The notes: a model not told the origin generated them from the letters alone. DNA of 64,000 nucleotides from an uncultured Bacteroidota bacterium (GCA_903913315.1 CAIWKX010000121.1:11001-75000), one strand, 5' to 3'; positions 48,586-57,592 are shown, numbered from the stretch's first letter. Translations and numbers: made by a program.

Positions 48586-50283
48586 TCAATGTTTTATAAT
48601 AATTTTTTTAGTTAAATCTTTAATTCCATCAATTTTTAAAAAATAAATACCATTAGGAATTGAATGGGTATCTAATTCATTTGTTTCAAATGTAGTAATA
48701 GTTTGTCCTAGAACATTGATCAATTGATACTGATGACTTAAAGAATTATCATCAAAAGAAATATAAAGTTTATCACTTGAAGGATTAGGATATAGTAATA
48801 CTTTATGGTTAGGACTAACTATCTCATTAGTAGTTAAAGAACAAGAACCAACAGAATATGTATATCCAATTTCACCATTGGTATGACCAGTAGAACCAGT
48901 TGTTCCTGGAATATATGACTTGACGTAACTCACTGTCACACAATTATTAGACACATCCACTTTGAGGTGACCCGTTCCATCCAAAATAACATCTGTGTAA
49001 GCACTTGCATTTGCTGTATATCCTTTAACATAAGTAAGATCAGCGGCCATAGGCACTTCTTGATACACGATATTATTCAATACTTCTTTCGCAAATAAAT
49101 GATCGTGTCCTTGAAAAAAGATATCTACTCCAGTATCTATAAATACTTGATGAATAGGTTTTCCCCACCCCGGTCTATATTGATCAAATTTATATTGTGT
49201 CCCATCGATACCACCCCATTCAAAACCTGTGGCAACGGCTGAACCACCGCGACCTTGACCTCTATTGTGATGAGCAAAAACAAATTTATGTGTCGCTGTA
49301 CTATTCTCTAATACACTACGCATCCATAAATATTGTGATTGACCCAAAGTCCAATCCCAGTTAGTGGGCTTAGAACCGTCGGCTGGAGTGGCACCTGGAA
49401 ATATCTCAGTCCTATAAACATCCAATACTACAAATAAGGCATCCCCCCAGGTCCAAGCATAGTAATTTTCAGGAGTATCAATTCCGAAATTTTCAACAGT
49501 AGTATTACCACTGTAAAAACTATTAGGAAAAGGATTAGGATAATAATATTTTCTCCATTGTGTACCCCATACACCAATGCCATTCGGAGCAGCTGGTAAA
49601 TTATTAGTTGTGGTAGTATAAACCCCATTAACATTCAAATAATAATCATTTTCACCTTCATGATTACCTAAACAAATATAAAAAGGAATCGAATTGGTTA
49701 CAGCACCTAGAAACTGCCGATAATATTTATGTTTAGCATCCATATCGGCACTTGTCGTCGTCGTCGGAGTGTGGTCATCACCAAAAATATCTCCAAGTGA
49801 TAGCATAAAATCAGGGTTTTCAGCGGCTTCATTGGCTAAAGTTACTTGGTACATTCCAGGATTTCCATAATCATACAAATGTTCATCAGATTCGACAGTA
49901 AAAGTAAAAGGATTTCCTGCTGCCCGCTGTGTGTGAAATTTATATTCTGTTGTTGCAGTATAGCTTACAGCACCAACTAACTTATATTGCAATCGGTAAT
50001 AGTATTGTGTGTTTAATGTTAAACCAGTCAAATCAATTTCATCTGGAACATTTATAACATTAGTATAAACAATTGAGGTACTAGTATAAACACCACTTTG
50101 AGTACCATATTCCAAATAATATTGCATATTTTGATCAAATAAGATACTAGCGGTTATTGAAGTAGCTGTAGGTCTACCCAAAACGATAGATTGTTGTTGC
50201 GCAACACCCTTTATTCCTGAACATAAAAACAGCAAAAAAAGCAGGTAATTTTTTATTGTTACAATTAAATTTTTCTTTTTCAT
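48586..50283 (-). CDS. Secreted calcineurin-like metallophosphoesterase, tandem paralog, with T9SS sorting domain
   Basis: Motifs VESDEHLYD, SLGDIF, LGNHEGE, FAHH and FQGHDH. Shares YY(A/S)WTWGDALFVV with the downstream paralog. C-terminal LYPNPSSDKLYI...GIYFLKI tail. Confidence 0.75.
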   Translation of the reverse strand: MKKKNLIVTIKNYLLFLLFLCSGIKGVAQQQSIVLGRPTATSITASILFDQNMQYYLEYGTQSGVYTSTSIVYTNVINVPDEIDLTGLTLNTQYYYRLQYKLVGAVSYTATTEYKFHTQRAAGNPFTFTVESDEHLYDYGNPGMYQVTLANEAAENPDFMLSLGDIFGDDHTPTTTTSADMDAKHKYYRQFLGAVTNSIPFYICLGNHEGENDYYLNVNGVYTTTTNNLPAAPNGIGVWGTQWRKYYYPNPFPNSFYSGNTTVENFGIDTPENYYAWTWGDALFVVLDVYRTEIFPGATPADGSKPTNWDWTLGQSQYLWMRSVLENSTATHKFVFAHHNRGQGRGGSAVATGFEWGGIDGTQYKFDQYRPGWGKPIHQVFIDTGVDIFFQGHDHLFAKEVLNNIVYQEVPMAADLTYVKGYTANASAYTDVILDGTGHLKVDVSNNCVTVSYVKSYIPGTTGSTGHTNGEIGYTYSVGSCSLTTNEIVSPNHKVLLYPNPSSDKLYISFDDNSLSHQYQLINVLGQTITTFETNELDTHSIPNGIYFLKIDGIKDLTKKIIIKH

Positions 50284-50299
50284 AGTTATTTAGAGTTGG

Positions 50300-50797
50300 T
50301 TATCTTCTGGTGGGCTGATTGTCGGGTCTAAAATAATCCCTAATCTCTTTGACCAAAACTTCAAATTTTTCCTGTTGTTCTGGGGTACAAACCAATTTCA
50401 ATTCTTTGGCTTGACGATAACGAAGCAGTTCCATTTCATATTCAAAATTGGCAGTTTGTCTTGCAAGACCGATTATTTTATGTTCATCAGTGTCTTTATT
50501 AAACATGGCCGCATTCATCGCATCTTTATTATCCTTAATCTTTTGTTTCAGTACAATTTCTTTACGGTAATAATCTTCTCTGATAGTACTGAATTGTTGT
50601 GCTTGCTTTTCATCCAATTGCAATTCGCGCTTTAAAATACCCGATAGATCTTTATAGGCTTCATTTTTTGGAAATAATAACGGTTTATGATGAGGTCTTA
50701 ATTCTTTCCAAACAAAAAAACTAATCAATCCTATATTGAGAAGAACTAAAACAATAACGGCACGTGCTAAATATTTTTGCTGTCTGAAAATATCCAT
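50300..50797 (-). CDS. Membrane-anchored Spy/CpxP/CnrX-like periplasmic sensor
   Basis: One N-terminal TM segment (AVIVLVLLNIGLISFFVW) followed by a charged helical region with an LxxxQ motif (LQLDEKQAQQF). Same position as the 5231..5734 protein. Confidence 0.5.
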   Translation of the reverse strand: MDIFRQQKYLARAVIVLVLLNIGLISFFVWKELRPHHKPLLFPKNEAYKDLSGILKRELQLDEKQAQQFSTIREDYYRKEIVLKQKIKDNKDAMNAAMFNKDTDEHKIIGLARQTANFEYEMELLRYRQAKELKLVCTPEQQEKFEVLVKEIRDYFRPDNQPTRR

Positions 50798-50804
50798 TGG
50801 TACA

Positions 50805-51095
50805 TTAGATTGAAGAAATTAATAATTCATTAGAAATAACTTCTAAATTAGTGGTTCTAGTGGTCGTTGGTTTTGACTCATTCAATAATGAAAAAACTAT
50901 CAATCCGCAATTTATCAACACAATACAAACTAAAATAAAATTGTATTTACTAATAAAAGTAGTCTTTATTGAGGCATGCATTTGCAATTTCATTTGCAAC
51001 TCATAATCCCAATCCGAAGAGGGATAAATGTTTTCTAATGACTCAAATTCTTGAAGCTTTTCTATAACTTTTTCGTTTAGTGTATTTGGTTTCAT
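50805..51095 (-). CDS. Putative small single-TM anti-sigma factor
   Basis: 96 aa with one hydrophobic segment (FILVCIVLINCGLIVFSLL). Starts 49 bp after the ECF sigma gene. Confidence 0.4.
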   Translation of the reverse strand: MKPNTLNEKVIEKLQEFESLENIYPSSDWDYELQMKLQMHASIKTTFISKYNFILVCIVLINCGLIVFSLLNESKPTTTRTTNLEVISNELLISSI

Positions 51096-51144
51096 AAACG
51101 TGATTTTTCTATTAGACGATAATAATGTTGTGGTCTGGCACTAT

Positions 51145-51714
51145 CTAGTCATTATTTTTTAAAAGAATTACTAATTCTTGTGTTGTTTTCTTTTTAGCGC
51201 GGTAAATTAAACTTTCGACAGCTACAGTAGTAATATTCATGATTTCCGCAATTTCAGTAGTACTAAATCCATCAATTTTACTTAATGTAAAAGCTATTCT
51301 TTGATTCTCAGGTAATGTATTTAAAACGATTTCCACTTCGCGCAAGCGCTCATTTTCATGTAGTGCTGTATCTGGCATCGTTCCTCCCGAAATCCAATCA
51401 GAAAAAATATCAATATGTAATAGTTTTCCAAGGGAAGAGATTCTTTTTTTTCGATTACGATTTTTAATTTCATCAAGACATTTAGAAACCGTAATACGAT
51501 AAATCCAAGTAGATAATTTAGCATCGCCACGAAAAGAGGAAAGAGATTGATAAACGGCTACAAATACGTCTTGCGAGACGTCTTCAGCGTCTTGTTGGTG
51601 CAACAAAAAGCGATAGCAAGTAGTAATGACACTACTCCTATAGTGATGCACCAGTTGATTAAATGCGGTTTTGTCACCCAATTGAAACCTCTCCAACCAC
51701 GCTATATCTTCCAA
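51145..51714 (-). CDS. ECF-type RNA polymerase sigma-70 factor (paralog of 6067..6654)
   Basis: QDAEDVSQDVFVAV...LSTWIYRITVSKCLDEIK and LPENQRIAFTLSKIDGFSTTEIAEIM. The only possible start is TTG 51714, with a TGA two codons upstream. Confidence 0.85.
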   Translation of the reverse strand: MEDIAWLERFQLGDKTAFNQLVHHYRSSVITTCYRFLLHQQDAEDVSQDVFVAVYQSLSSFRGDAKLSTWIYRITVSKCLDEIKNRNRKKRISSLGKLLHIDIFSDWISGGTMPDTALHENERLREVEIVLNTLPENQRIAFTLSKIDGFSTTEIAEIMNITTVAVESLIYRAKKKTTQELVILLKNND

Positions 51715-51792
51715 ATTTCAAACACTACATTACAGAATTAAACATTTACCTTTATACCTTAGACGACTTTTACTTTTGTTTCTGGCGAAGCA

Positions 51793-51824
51793 TTAGATTT
51801 TATTTTCCAAATAATAAAATCTAA
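51793..51824. promoter_or_regulatory. Perfect 12-bp inverted repeat TTAGATTTTATT / AATAAAATCTAA upstream of the ECF sigma gene
   Basis: Arms at 51793..51804 and 51813..51824 with an 8-nt spacer, about 80-110 nt upstream of the TTG start. Confidence 0.3.
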
Positions 51825-52072
51825 TAATAACGTGAATATAGCAAAATGTAAACAGTAAATTTCATTTACTTAAAGTTTATTATTTAAAATCCTTCTAGGC
51901 CTTTTTTAGAAAATTAAGCATATTTTTTGATACATATACTATTTACTTCTACAAGTCAAATTAAATAAACCATAGATTTAGAAAAATCCGAATTTTTATG
52001 CCCCTTATGTAACAATTGATACTCTTATTTTTAAAGAGTAGCTGTAACTTTATACTGTTAAATTAATTCAAA

Positions 52073-53275
52073 ATGAAAACAACGGTTGTAATTGGAGGAA
52101 GCTTTGCTGGAATGACAGCGGCTCTTGAAATCAAAAGAAAAGGGAAAGAAAATCACAAAGTAATTTTAATTGATAAATCACCTTTGTTTCTATTCATACC
52201 TTCATTAATATGGATACCTTTTGGCAGAAGAGAGATGAAAGATATTTCGTTTAGAAAAGATGCTATTTTAGCTAAAAAAGGGGTTGATTTTATAAATGCT
52301 GAAGCAATAACGGTAGATACTCAAACGCAAGTTGTAAAAACAGACAAAGGCAATTTTAACTATGACAATCTAGTTATTGCTACTGGTCCAAAAGTGAAAT
52401 ATGATATCGCTCCAGGTATAGAAGAACATGCATACTATATAGGAACTCCTAATGGGGCCATGAAAATTAGAAAAGCTTTAGAAGAATTCAAAAAAAATCC
52501 TGGACCTATTGTAATAGGAGCCACTCAAAATGCAGGTTGCATGGGTGCTGCCTATGAATTTTTATTCAATGTAGAAAAATGGTTACGGGAACAAAATATT
52601 CGTAAAAAAGTAGAATTGTATTGGATAACCCCCGAAGATTATTTAGGTCACTTCGGAATAGATGGAATGCCTTTAGGAGAAAGCATGTTCAAAGTATTTA
52701 TGAAAATGTTTCACATTCATTACCGAACTCAAGTAGGTGTAAAAGAAGTGACAGCCGATAGCGTAATTCTATCTACTGACGAGGTTTTATCTAGTAAGTT
52801 TACTATGCTGATGCCTCCATTCATTGGAGTTGATTTTGTTACAAACTCACCTTCACTTCAAGCTACAGCCAATGGTTATATTCCTGTTGGTGATGATTAC
52901 CGTCATCAAACGATTCCAAATGTTTGGGCTGCTGGTATTGCCGTGGATGTGAAATTACCATTCGTTTCAAAAAAAATTCCCTTTGCATCACCAAAAACAG
53001 GCTACCCATCCGATGAAACTGGAAAAATTGTGGCAGAAAATATAATAAGAGTTGCTAATGGTAGAACTGATTTAAAGAAAAAAGCGTGGGGGAAAATACC
53101 TGGAGTTTGTATTATGGATTGTGGCAAAAAAGAGGTTATTATTTTTTCAAATCATTTATTCAAACCTAGAATTATTGCGGTGATGATTCCGAATTTAATT
53201 TATGATTTTAGTAAAGTTTTATTAGAAAAATACTTCCTTTGGAAAACCAAACACGGATATGCTTATCTACCGTAA
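52073..53275 (+). CDS. FAD-dependent pyridine-nucleotide-disulfide oxidoreductase, sulfide:quinone oxidoreductase-like
   Basis: N-terminal Rossmann VVIGGSFAGMTAA and a second dinucleotide region IVIGATQNAGCMGAAYEF. 400 aa. Neighbours are sulfur/thiol genes. Confidence 0.65.
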   Translation: MKTTVVIGGSFAGMTAALEIKRKGKENHKVILIDKSPLFLFIPSLIWIPFGRREMKDISFRKDAILAKKGVDFINAEAITVDTQTQVVKTDKGNFNYDNLVIATGPKVKYDIAPGIEEHAYYIGTPNGAMKIRKALEEFKKNPGPIVIGATQNAGCMGAAYEFLFNVEKWLREQNIRKKVELYWITPEDYLGHFGIDGMPLGESMFKVFMKMFHIHYRTQVGVKEVTADSVILSTDEVLSSKFTMLMPPFIGVDFVTNSPSLQATANGYIPVGDDYRHQTIPNVWAAGIAVDVKLPFVSKKIPFASPKTGYPSDETGKIVAENIIRVANGRTDLKKKAWGKIPGVCIMDCGKKEVIIFSNHLFKPRIIAVMIPNLIYDFSKVLLEKYFLWKTKHGYAYLP

Positions 53276-53284
53276 AAAAGTAAA

Positions 53285-53307
53285 CCCTTTCAACGAAAGG
53301 GTTTTTT
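53285..53307. terminator. Bidirectional terminator between the SQR-like gene and trx
   Basis: CCCTTTC / GAAAGGG stem, with a T-run downstream and an A-run upstream. Confidence 0.7.
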
Positions 53308-53331
53308 AATATTTTAATATTTTTTATTGTG

Positions 53332-53634
53332 TTATTCCGATTTTTCAATAATGACGCTAATTATTTCTTCTTTAGACAAAACACCTGATTGGCGCCATAA
53401 CTGCTTGCCCTTTTGAAATAACATCATTGTAGGCACTCCTCTCACTTGATAAACAGTAGCAATTTCTTGATTTTTATCAACGTCAATTTTGATAATTGAG
53501 ATACGTTCACCCAAACTGTCTTTGACTTGTTTTAAAACAGGACCCAGCATTTGACAAGGCCCACACCAAGTTGCATAAAAATCAATTAGAACTGGTGTTT
53601 CAGAATGAATTAATTTATCAAAACTAGTATTCAT
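53332..53634 (-). CDS. trxA: Thioredoxin
   Basis: 100 aa with the WCGPC active site. Confidence 0.9.
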   Translation of the reverse strand: MNTSFDKLIHSETPVLIDFYATWCGPCQMLGPVLKQVKDSLGERISIIKIDVDKNQEIATVYQVRGVPTMMLFQKGKQLWRQSGVLSKEEIISVIIEKSE

Positions 53635-53725
53635 GATGCGTTGTTTAAATAATTAGACGAACAAATTTACACTATTAAATTTTAAAAAAAAGTGATATTT
53701 GTTACATAAATCCTACCCATTATAA

Positions 53726-53911
53726 CTACTCTTTTACTCCTAATTTAGTCAAGATGTCGTCCATTAAACACCATTTGGTGATAGAAGATTGTAATAAATT
53801 AGTACCTACAAAAGCAGTGAACCAAAGCCAATTCTGACTTACATAAATAGAAAGTACTAAACTGATTAGTATAAAACTTCCGGCAATAGCATGAATAATT
53901 CTTGTTTTCAT
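53726..53911 (-). CDS. DUF2892 (YgaP-like) small membrane protein
   Basis: 61 aa with two hydrophobic helices and the conserved FVGTNLLQSSITKWC segment. Confidence 0.65.
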   Translation of the reverse strand: MKTRIIHAIAGSFILISLVLSIYVSQNWLWFTAFVGTNLLQSSITKWCLMDDILTKLGVKE

Positions 53912-53923
53912 ATTTAGGTTATA

Positions 53924-54229
53924 TTAATTTGATTTCTCAATATTTAAAACGGCAACGTGAATGTGTGATAAGGTTTCTTGCTTAGTGTTAAAAGAGCTTA
54001 CATCTGCACAAACCTTATCTACATTTTCTTTTTGAACAAAGGCATAAAATAGTATGGATTCGTTTTCATTCATTTCTGTTCCAAACCAATTTGTTCCTAA
54101 TGCATCTTCAGAGGCATTTCTGTAACCAACTACTTCTCTATAAGAATAAGTTTTTACATTAGCTTTTTTAAGAATTTGTTTCACTTCTTTTCCAAATTCC
54201 GCAATTGCAGTGATTAATAAAAGTTTCAT
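53924..54229 (-). CDS. Small cytoplasmic hypothetical protein, possibly P-II/DUF3240-like
   Basis: 101 aa with a beta-alpha-beta-like N-terminus (MKLLLITAIAEFGKEVKQILKK). It sits immediately downstream of the RND permease. The fold assignment is a guess. Confidence 0.25.
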   Translation of the reverse strand: MKLLLITAIAEFGKEVKQILKKANVKTYSYREVVGYRNASEDALGTNWFGTEMNENESILFYAFVQKENVDKVCADVSSFNTKQETLSHIHVAVLNIEKSN

Positions 54230-54260
54230 TTTTATATTTTTTTAAAAGGTTCTCGATACA

Positions 54261-54280
54261 ATCCCGATTGTCATCGGGAT
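54261..54280 (-). other. GC-rich intercistronic hairpin between the RND permease and the small downstream gene
   Basis: Perfect arms ATCCCGAT / ATCGGGAT with loop TGTC. No T-run on either strand. Confidence 0.6.
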
Positions 54281-54295
54281 CGAACTGACGTTAAG

Positions 54296-57200
54296 TTATT
54301 CTATTTTGTCCTCCTCAATTACTTCTGTTGGTTTTTCCCATTTTTTTCTTTCGGTTACATAATAGATTATGGGTACTACTAACAAAGTAAGTATTGTGGA
54401 GACAATAGCTCCAAATACTAATGATATGGCTAATCCTTGAAAGATGGGATCAAATAATATTATGGATGCCCCAATTACAACAGCTCCGGTGGTTAACAAA
54501 ATTGGTGTCGTTCTAACTGCTCCTGCTTCAATAATAGCTTGTTTTAAAGGAATTCCTTCGTTCAAACGGATTTCAATAAAGTCGATAAGTAAAACGGAGT
54601 TCCTGACCATTACTCCTGCCAAAGCAATCATTCCAATAAAAGAAGTCGCTGTAAAAAAGGCACCCAACAACCAGTGTCCAAATACAATTCCTATTAATGA
54701 TAACGGAATTGCCATCATCATCACCATTGGCGTTTTGAAGTTTTGGAACCAACCTACAATCAACATATAAATGATCACGATGACCACCATAAAAGCTACT
54801 CCTAAATCACGGAACACTTCTAATGTAATTTGCCATTCCCCATCCCATTTGACTGTAAAATTACTTTCGTCGTTTGGTTGTTCCATGTATAACTCATTCA
54901 CTTTATATCCTTTTGGTAATTGCATTTTCTGCAATTTTTCATTCATACCTAAAATAGCATATACAGGGCTTTCCAACGCTCCAGCCATATCAGCTGTTAC
55001 ATAAACTACTCTTTTTTGGTCTTTACGATAAATAGTTTTCTGTAAAGTATCTTGTACCACTTTTACCAAATCACTTACAGGAACTACATTACCTCGACTT
55101 CCTTTTATTTTTAAATTTTCAATATCTTGTAAAGTTGTTTTGTCTTTATCGTCCAACGAAAGAACAATACTCACGTTATCATTGGAATGCTCATCATATA
55201 AATTTGAAACAGGGTATTCTTTTAATAAATACGTCAAATTTCCAACTACTTGTTGTGGAGCAATTCCGTTAAGCATTGCTTTTTCCTTATCCACCACTAA
55301 TTTATATTCCGTTTGGTTATCTTCCGTCATCCAATCGACATCTACAATATCAGAAGTAGATTGCAAAATGCCTTTTACTTGATTGGCAACTTTGATTTGG
55401 TCTTTATAATTCGGACCGTAAATCTCCGCTACCAAAGTGGATAAAACTGGTGGTCCTGGTGGAACTTCAATAATTTTTACATTCGCTCCATATTTTTTAG
55501 CAATCTTTTGCACTTCTGGACGTACTTCCTTGGCAATACTGTGACTTTGCATAGCACGATCTTCTTTATGCAATAAATTCACTTGAATATCAGCCATATT
55601 ACTTCCTCCACGTAAATCATAATGTCTTACCAATCCGTTGAAGGTTATGGGTGCTGATGTACCAATATAGTTTTGATAATTTACTACTTCTGGAACAGTA
55701 GAAAGATATTGTGCTATTTCTTGAGTTACGGCTGCTGTTCGTTCTAAAGTAGTACCTTCGGGCATATCAACTACTACTTGGAATTCATTTTTGTTATCAA
55801 AAGGCAACATTTTTACTATAACTGATTTGGTAAAAAACATCATCACCGAACCAATTAATAAAAGTACCGTGATACCAACTAATACCCTCCTTTTTTTACT
55901 ACTTTCTAATAAAGGTCTTTCTAGTTTGTTGTATATTTTATATACCCAATTAGTTTCTAATCCTTGTTCTTCTTTATGTTTTTGCTCGTCTTTTTCTTGT
56001 AACAAATGATATCCCAAATAAGGTGTAACGGTCAATGCTACGAATAATGAAAGTAACATGGCTATAGAAGCACCAATAGGCATCGGACTCATATAAGGCC
56101 CCATCATTCCCGATACAAATGCCATAGGAAGTATAGCAGCAATAACGGTAAACGTGGCTAAAATTGTTGGATTTCCAACTTCGTTAATGGCATAGATTGC
56201 AGCTTGCTTGAAAGGCAGTCGTTTCATCTTGAAATGCCTATGCATATTTTCGGCAATGATTATACTATCATCAACCACAATTCCTACCACAAAAACTAAA
56301 GCAAAAAGGGTGATTCTATTTAAGGTATATCCTAATAAATAATACGCAAATAAAGTCAAGGCAAAGGTCAATGGAACAGAGAAGAATACGACTAATCCAC
56401 CACGCCATCCCATAGCTAATATTACTAAAAATGTAACAGCAATAATAGCTATGCCTAAATGCATTAATAATTCACCTACTTTATCAGAAGCTGTTTCTCC
56501 ATAATTACGAGTTACTTCAACATGAACATCATTAGTTATAATAGTTTTCTTAAGTTGCTCTATACGTTCTAATATCTTTTCAGAAATTTTCATTGCATCG
56601 GCGCCTTTGACTTTTCCGATGGAAATAGTTACAGCTGGATATTCTGATTTTGCTGTTTTAAATTTCTCATTTGCTTTGCCATATCCAAAAGACACATAAC
56701 TACTTGGTGTAGAAGGTCCGTCAGCTACTTTTGCCACTTGTTTTAAGTACACAGGCAAATTTGCATTGACACCGACAACTAAATTCTCTACATCTTCTGA
56801 CGATTTTAGAAATTGCCCCGTGGTAACTAGATATTCTTTATCATTGTTAACAAAACTACCTGATTGCGAGCTACCATTATTGGCTTGAATCATTTGCATG
56901 ATACCCAAGGCATCAACACCATTTTCAGCCATTTTATCTTTGTCTAAAACTACTTTTACTTGACGATTTCTACCACCAATCTCTCTCGTTATAGCAACAT
57001 CTTTTACTTTTTCAACTTCTGAGGTTACTTCTTCGGCTATCTGACGAATTTCAAAGTCATTCAATGTAGAACTCCATAATGTTAATCCCAACATGGGAAC
57101 ATCATCAATGGAACGGGTTTTGACCATTGGTTTATATACCCCTTGTGGAAACATATTTTCGTGTTTCGCAAGCTCATCATATAATTTTACATACGAGCGT

Positions 57201-57520
57201 TCCACATCTTGTCCTACATAAAACTGAACAATTAACATGGCTTGGCCATTCATAGCCATGCTGTGAACATGCTCTACTCCTTTAATATTAGAAATTATTT
57301 TTTCTAAGGGTTTTACCACTCGGCTTTCCACTTCTGTTGGATTAGCACCTGGATATCCCACCATAACGTCAGCCATAGGAACATTGATTTGTGGTTCTTC
57401 TTCTCTTGGAATTAAGAACGAACTGTATACACCAATTATCATCAAACCAACCATCAATAAAATGGTTAATTTAGAGTTGATGAAAAAATGGGCAATTTTA
57501 CCTGATATACCTTCTTGCAT
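54296..57520 (-). CDS. Efflux RND transporter permease (AcrB/HAE-type)
   Basis: 1074 aa with 12-TM / two-large-loop architecture and the TM4 motif VVDDSIIIAEN. Confidence 0.9.
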   Translation of the reverse strand: MQEGISGKIAHFFINSKLTILLMVGLMIIGVYSSFLIPREEEPQINVPMADVMVGYPGANPTEVESRVVKPLEKIISNIKGVEHVHSMAMNGQAMLIVQFYVGQDVERSYVKLYDELAKHENMFPQGVYKPMVKTRSIDDVPMLGLTLWSSTLNDFEIRQIAEEVTSEVEKVKDVAITREIGGRNRQVKVVLDKDKMAENGVDALGIMQMIQANNGSSQSGSFVNNDKEYLVTTGQFLKSSEDVENLVVGVNANLPVYLKQVAKVADGPSTPSSYVSFGYGKANEKFKTAKSEYPAVTISIGKVKGADAMKISEKILERIEQLKKTIITNDVHVEVTRNYGETASDKVGELLMHLGIAIIAVTFLVILAMGWRGGLVVFFSVPLTFALTLFAYYLLGYTLNRITLFALVFVVGIVVDDSIIIAENMHRHFKMKRLPFKQAAIYAINEVGNPTILATFTVIAAILPMAFVSGMMGPYMSPMPIGASIAMLLSLFVALTVTPYLGYHLLQEKDEQKHKEEQGLETNWVYKIYNKLERPLLESSKKRRVLVGITVLLLIGSVMMFFTKSVIVKMLPFDNKNEFQVVVDMPEGTTLERTAAVTQEIAQYLSTVPEVVNYQNYIGTSAPITFNGLVRHYDLRGGSNMADIQVNLLHKEDRAMQSHSIAKEVRPEVQKIAKKYGANVKIIEVPPGPPVLSTLVAEIYGPNYKDQIKVANQVKGILQSTSDIVDVDWMTEDNQTEYKLVVDKEKAMLNGIAPQQVVGNLTYLLKEYPVSNLYDEHSNDNVSIVLSLDDKDKTTLQDIENLKIKGSRGNVVPVSDLVKVVQDTLQKTIYRKDQKRVVYVTADMAGALESPVYAILGMNEKLQKMQLPKGYKVNELYMEQPNDESNFTVKWDGEWQITLEVFRDLGVAFMVVIVIIYMLIVGWFQNFKTPMVMMMAIPLSLIGIVFGHWLLGAFFTATSFIGMIALAGVMVRNSVLLIDFIEIRLNEGIPLKQAIIEAGAVRTTPILLTTGAVVIGASIILFDPIFQGLAISLVFGAIVSTILTLLVVPIIYYVTERKKWEKPTEVIEEDKIE

Positions 57521-57592
57521 AATTTTTTGTTTAAAGTTTGAGGTTTAAAAGTTTAAAGTTGTTTTACAACCTAGCCTGAAATCTGCGCCTAT

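Noticed and set aside
54444-56009. Several 72-108-aa plus-strand ORFs inside the RND permease gene
   Set aside because: They are shadow ORFs opposite a 1074-aa conserved transporter, with no independent signals.
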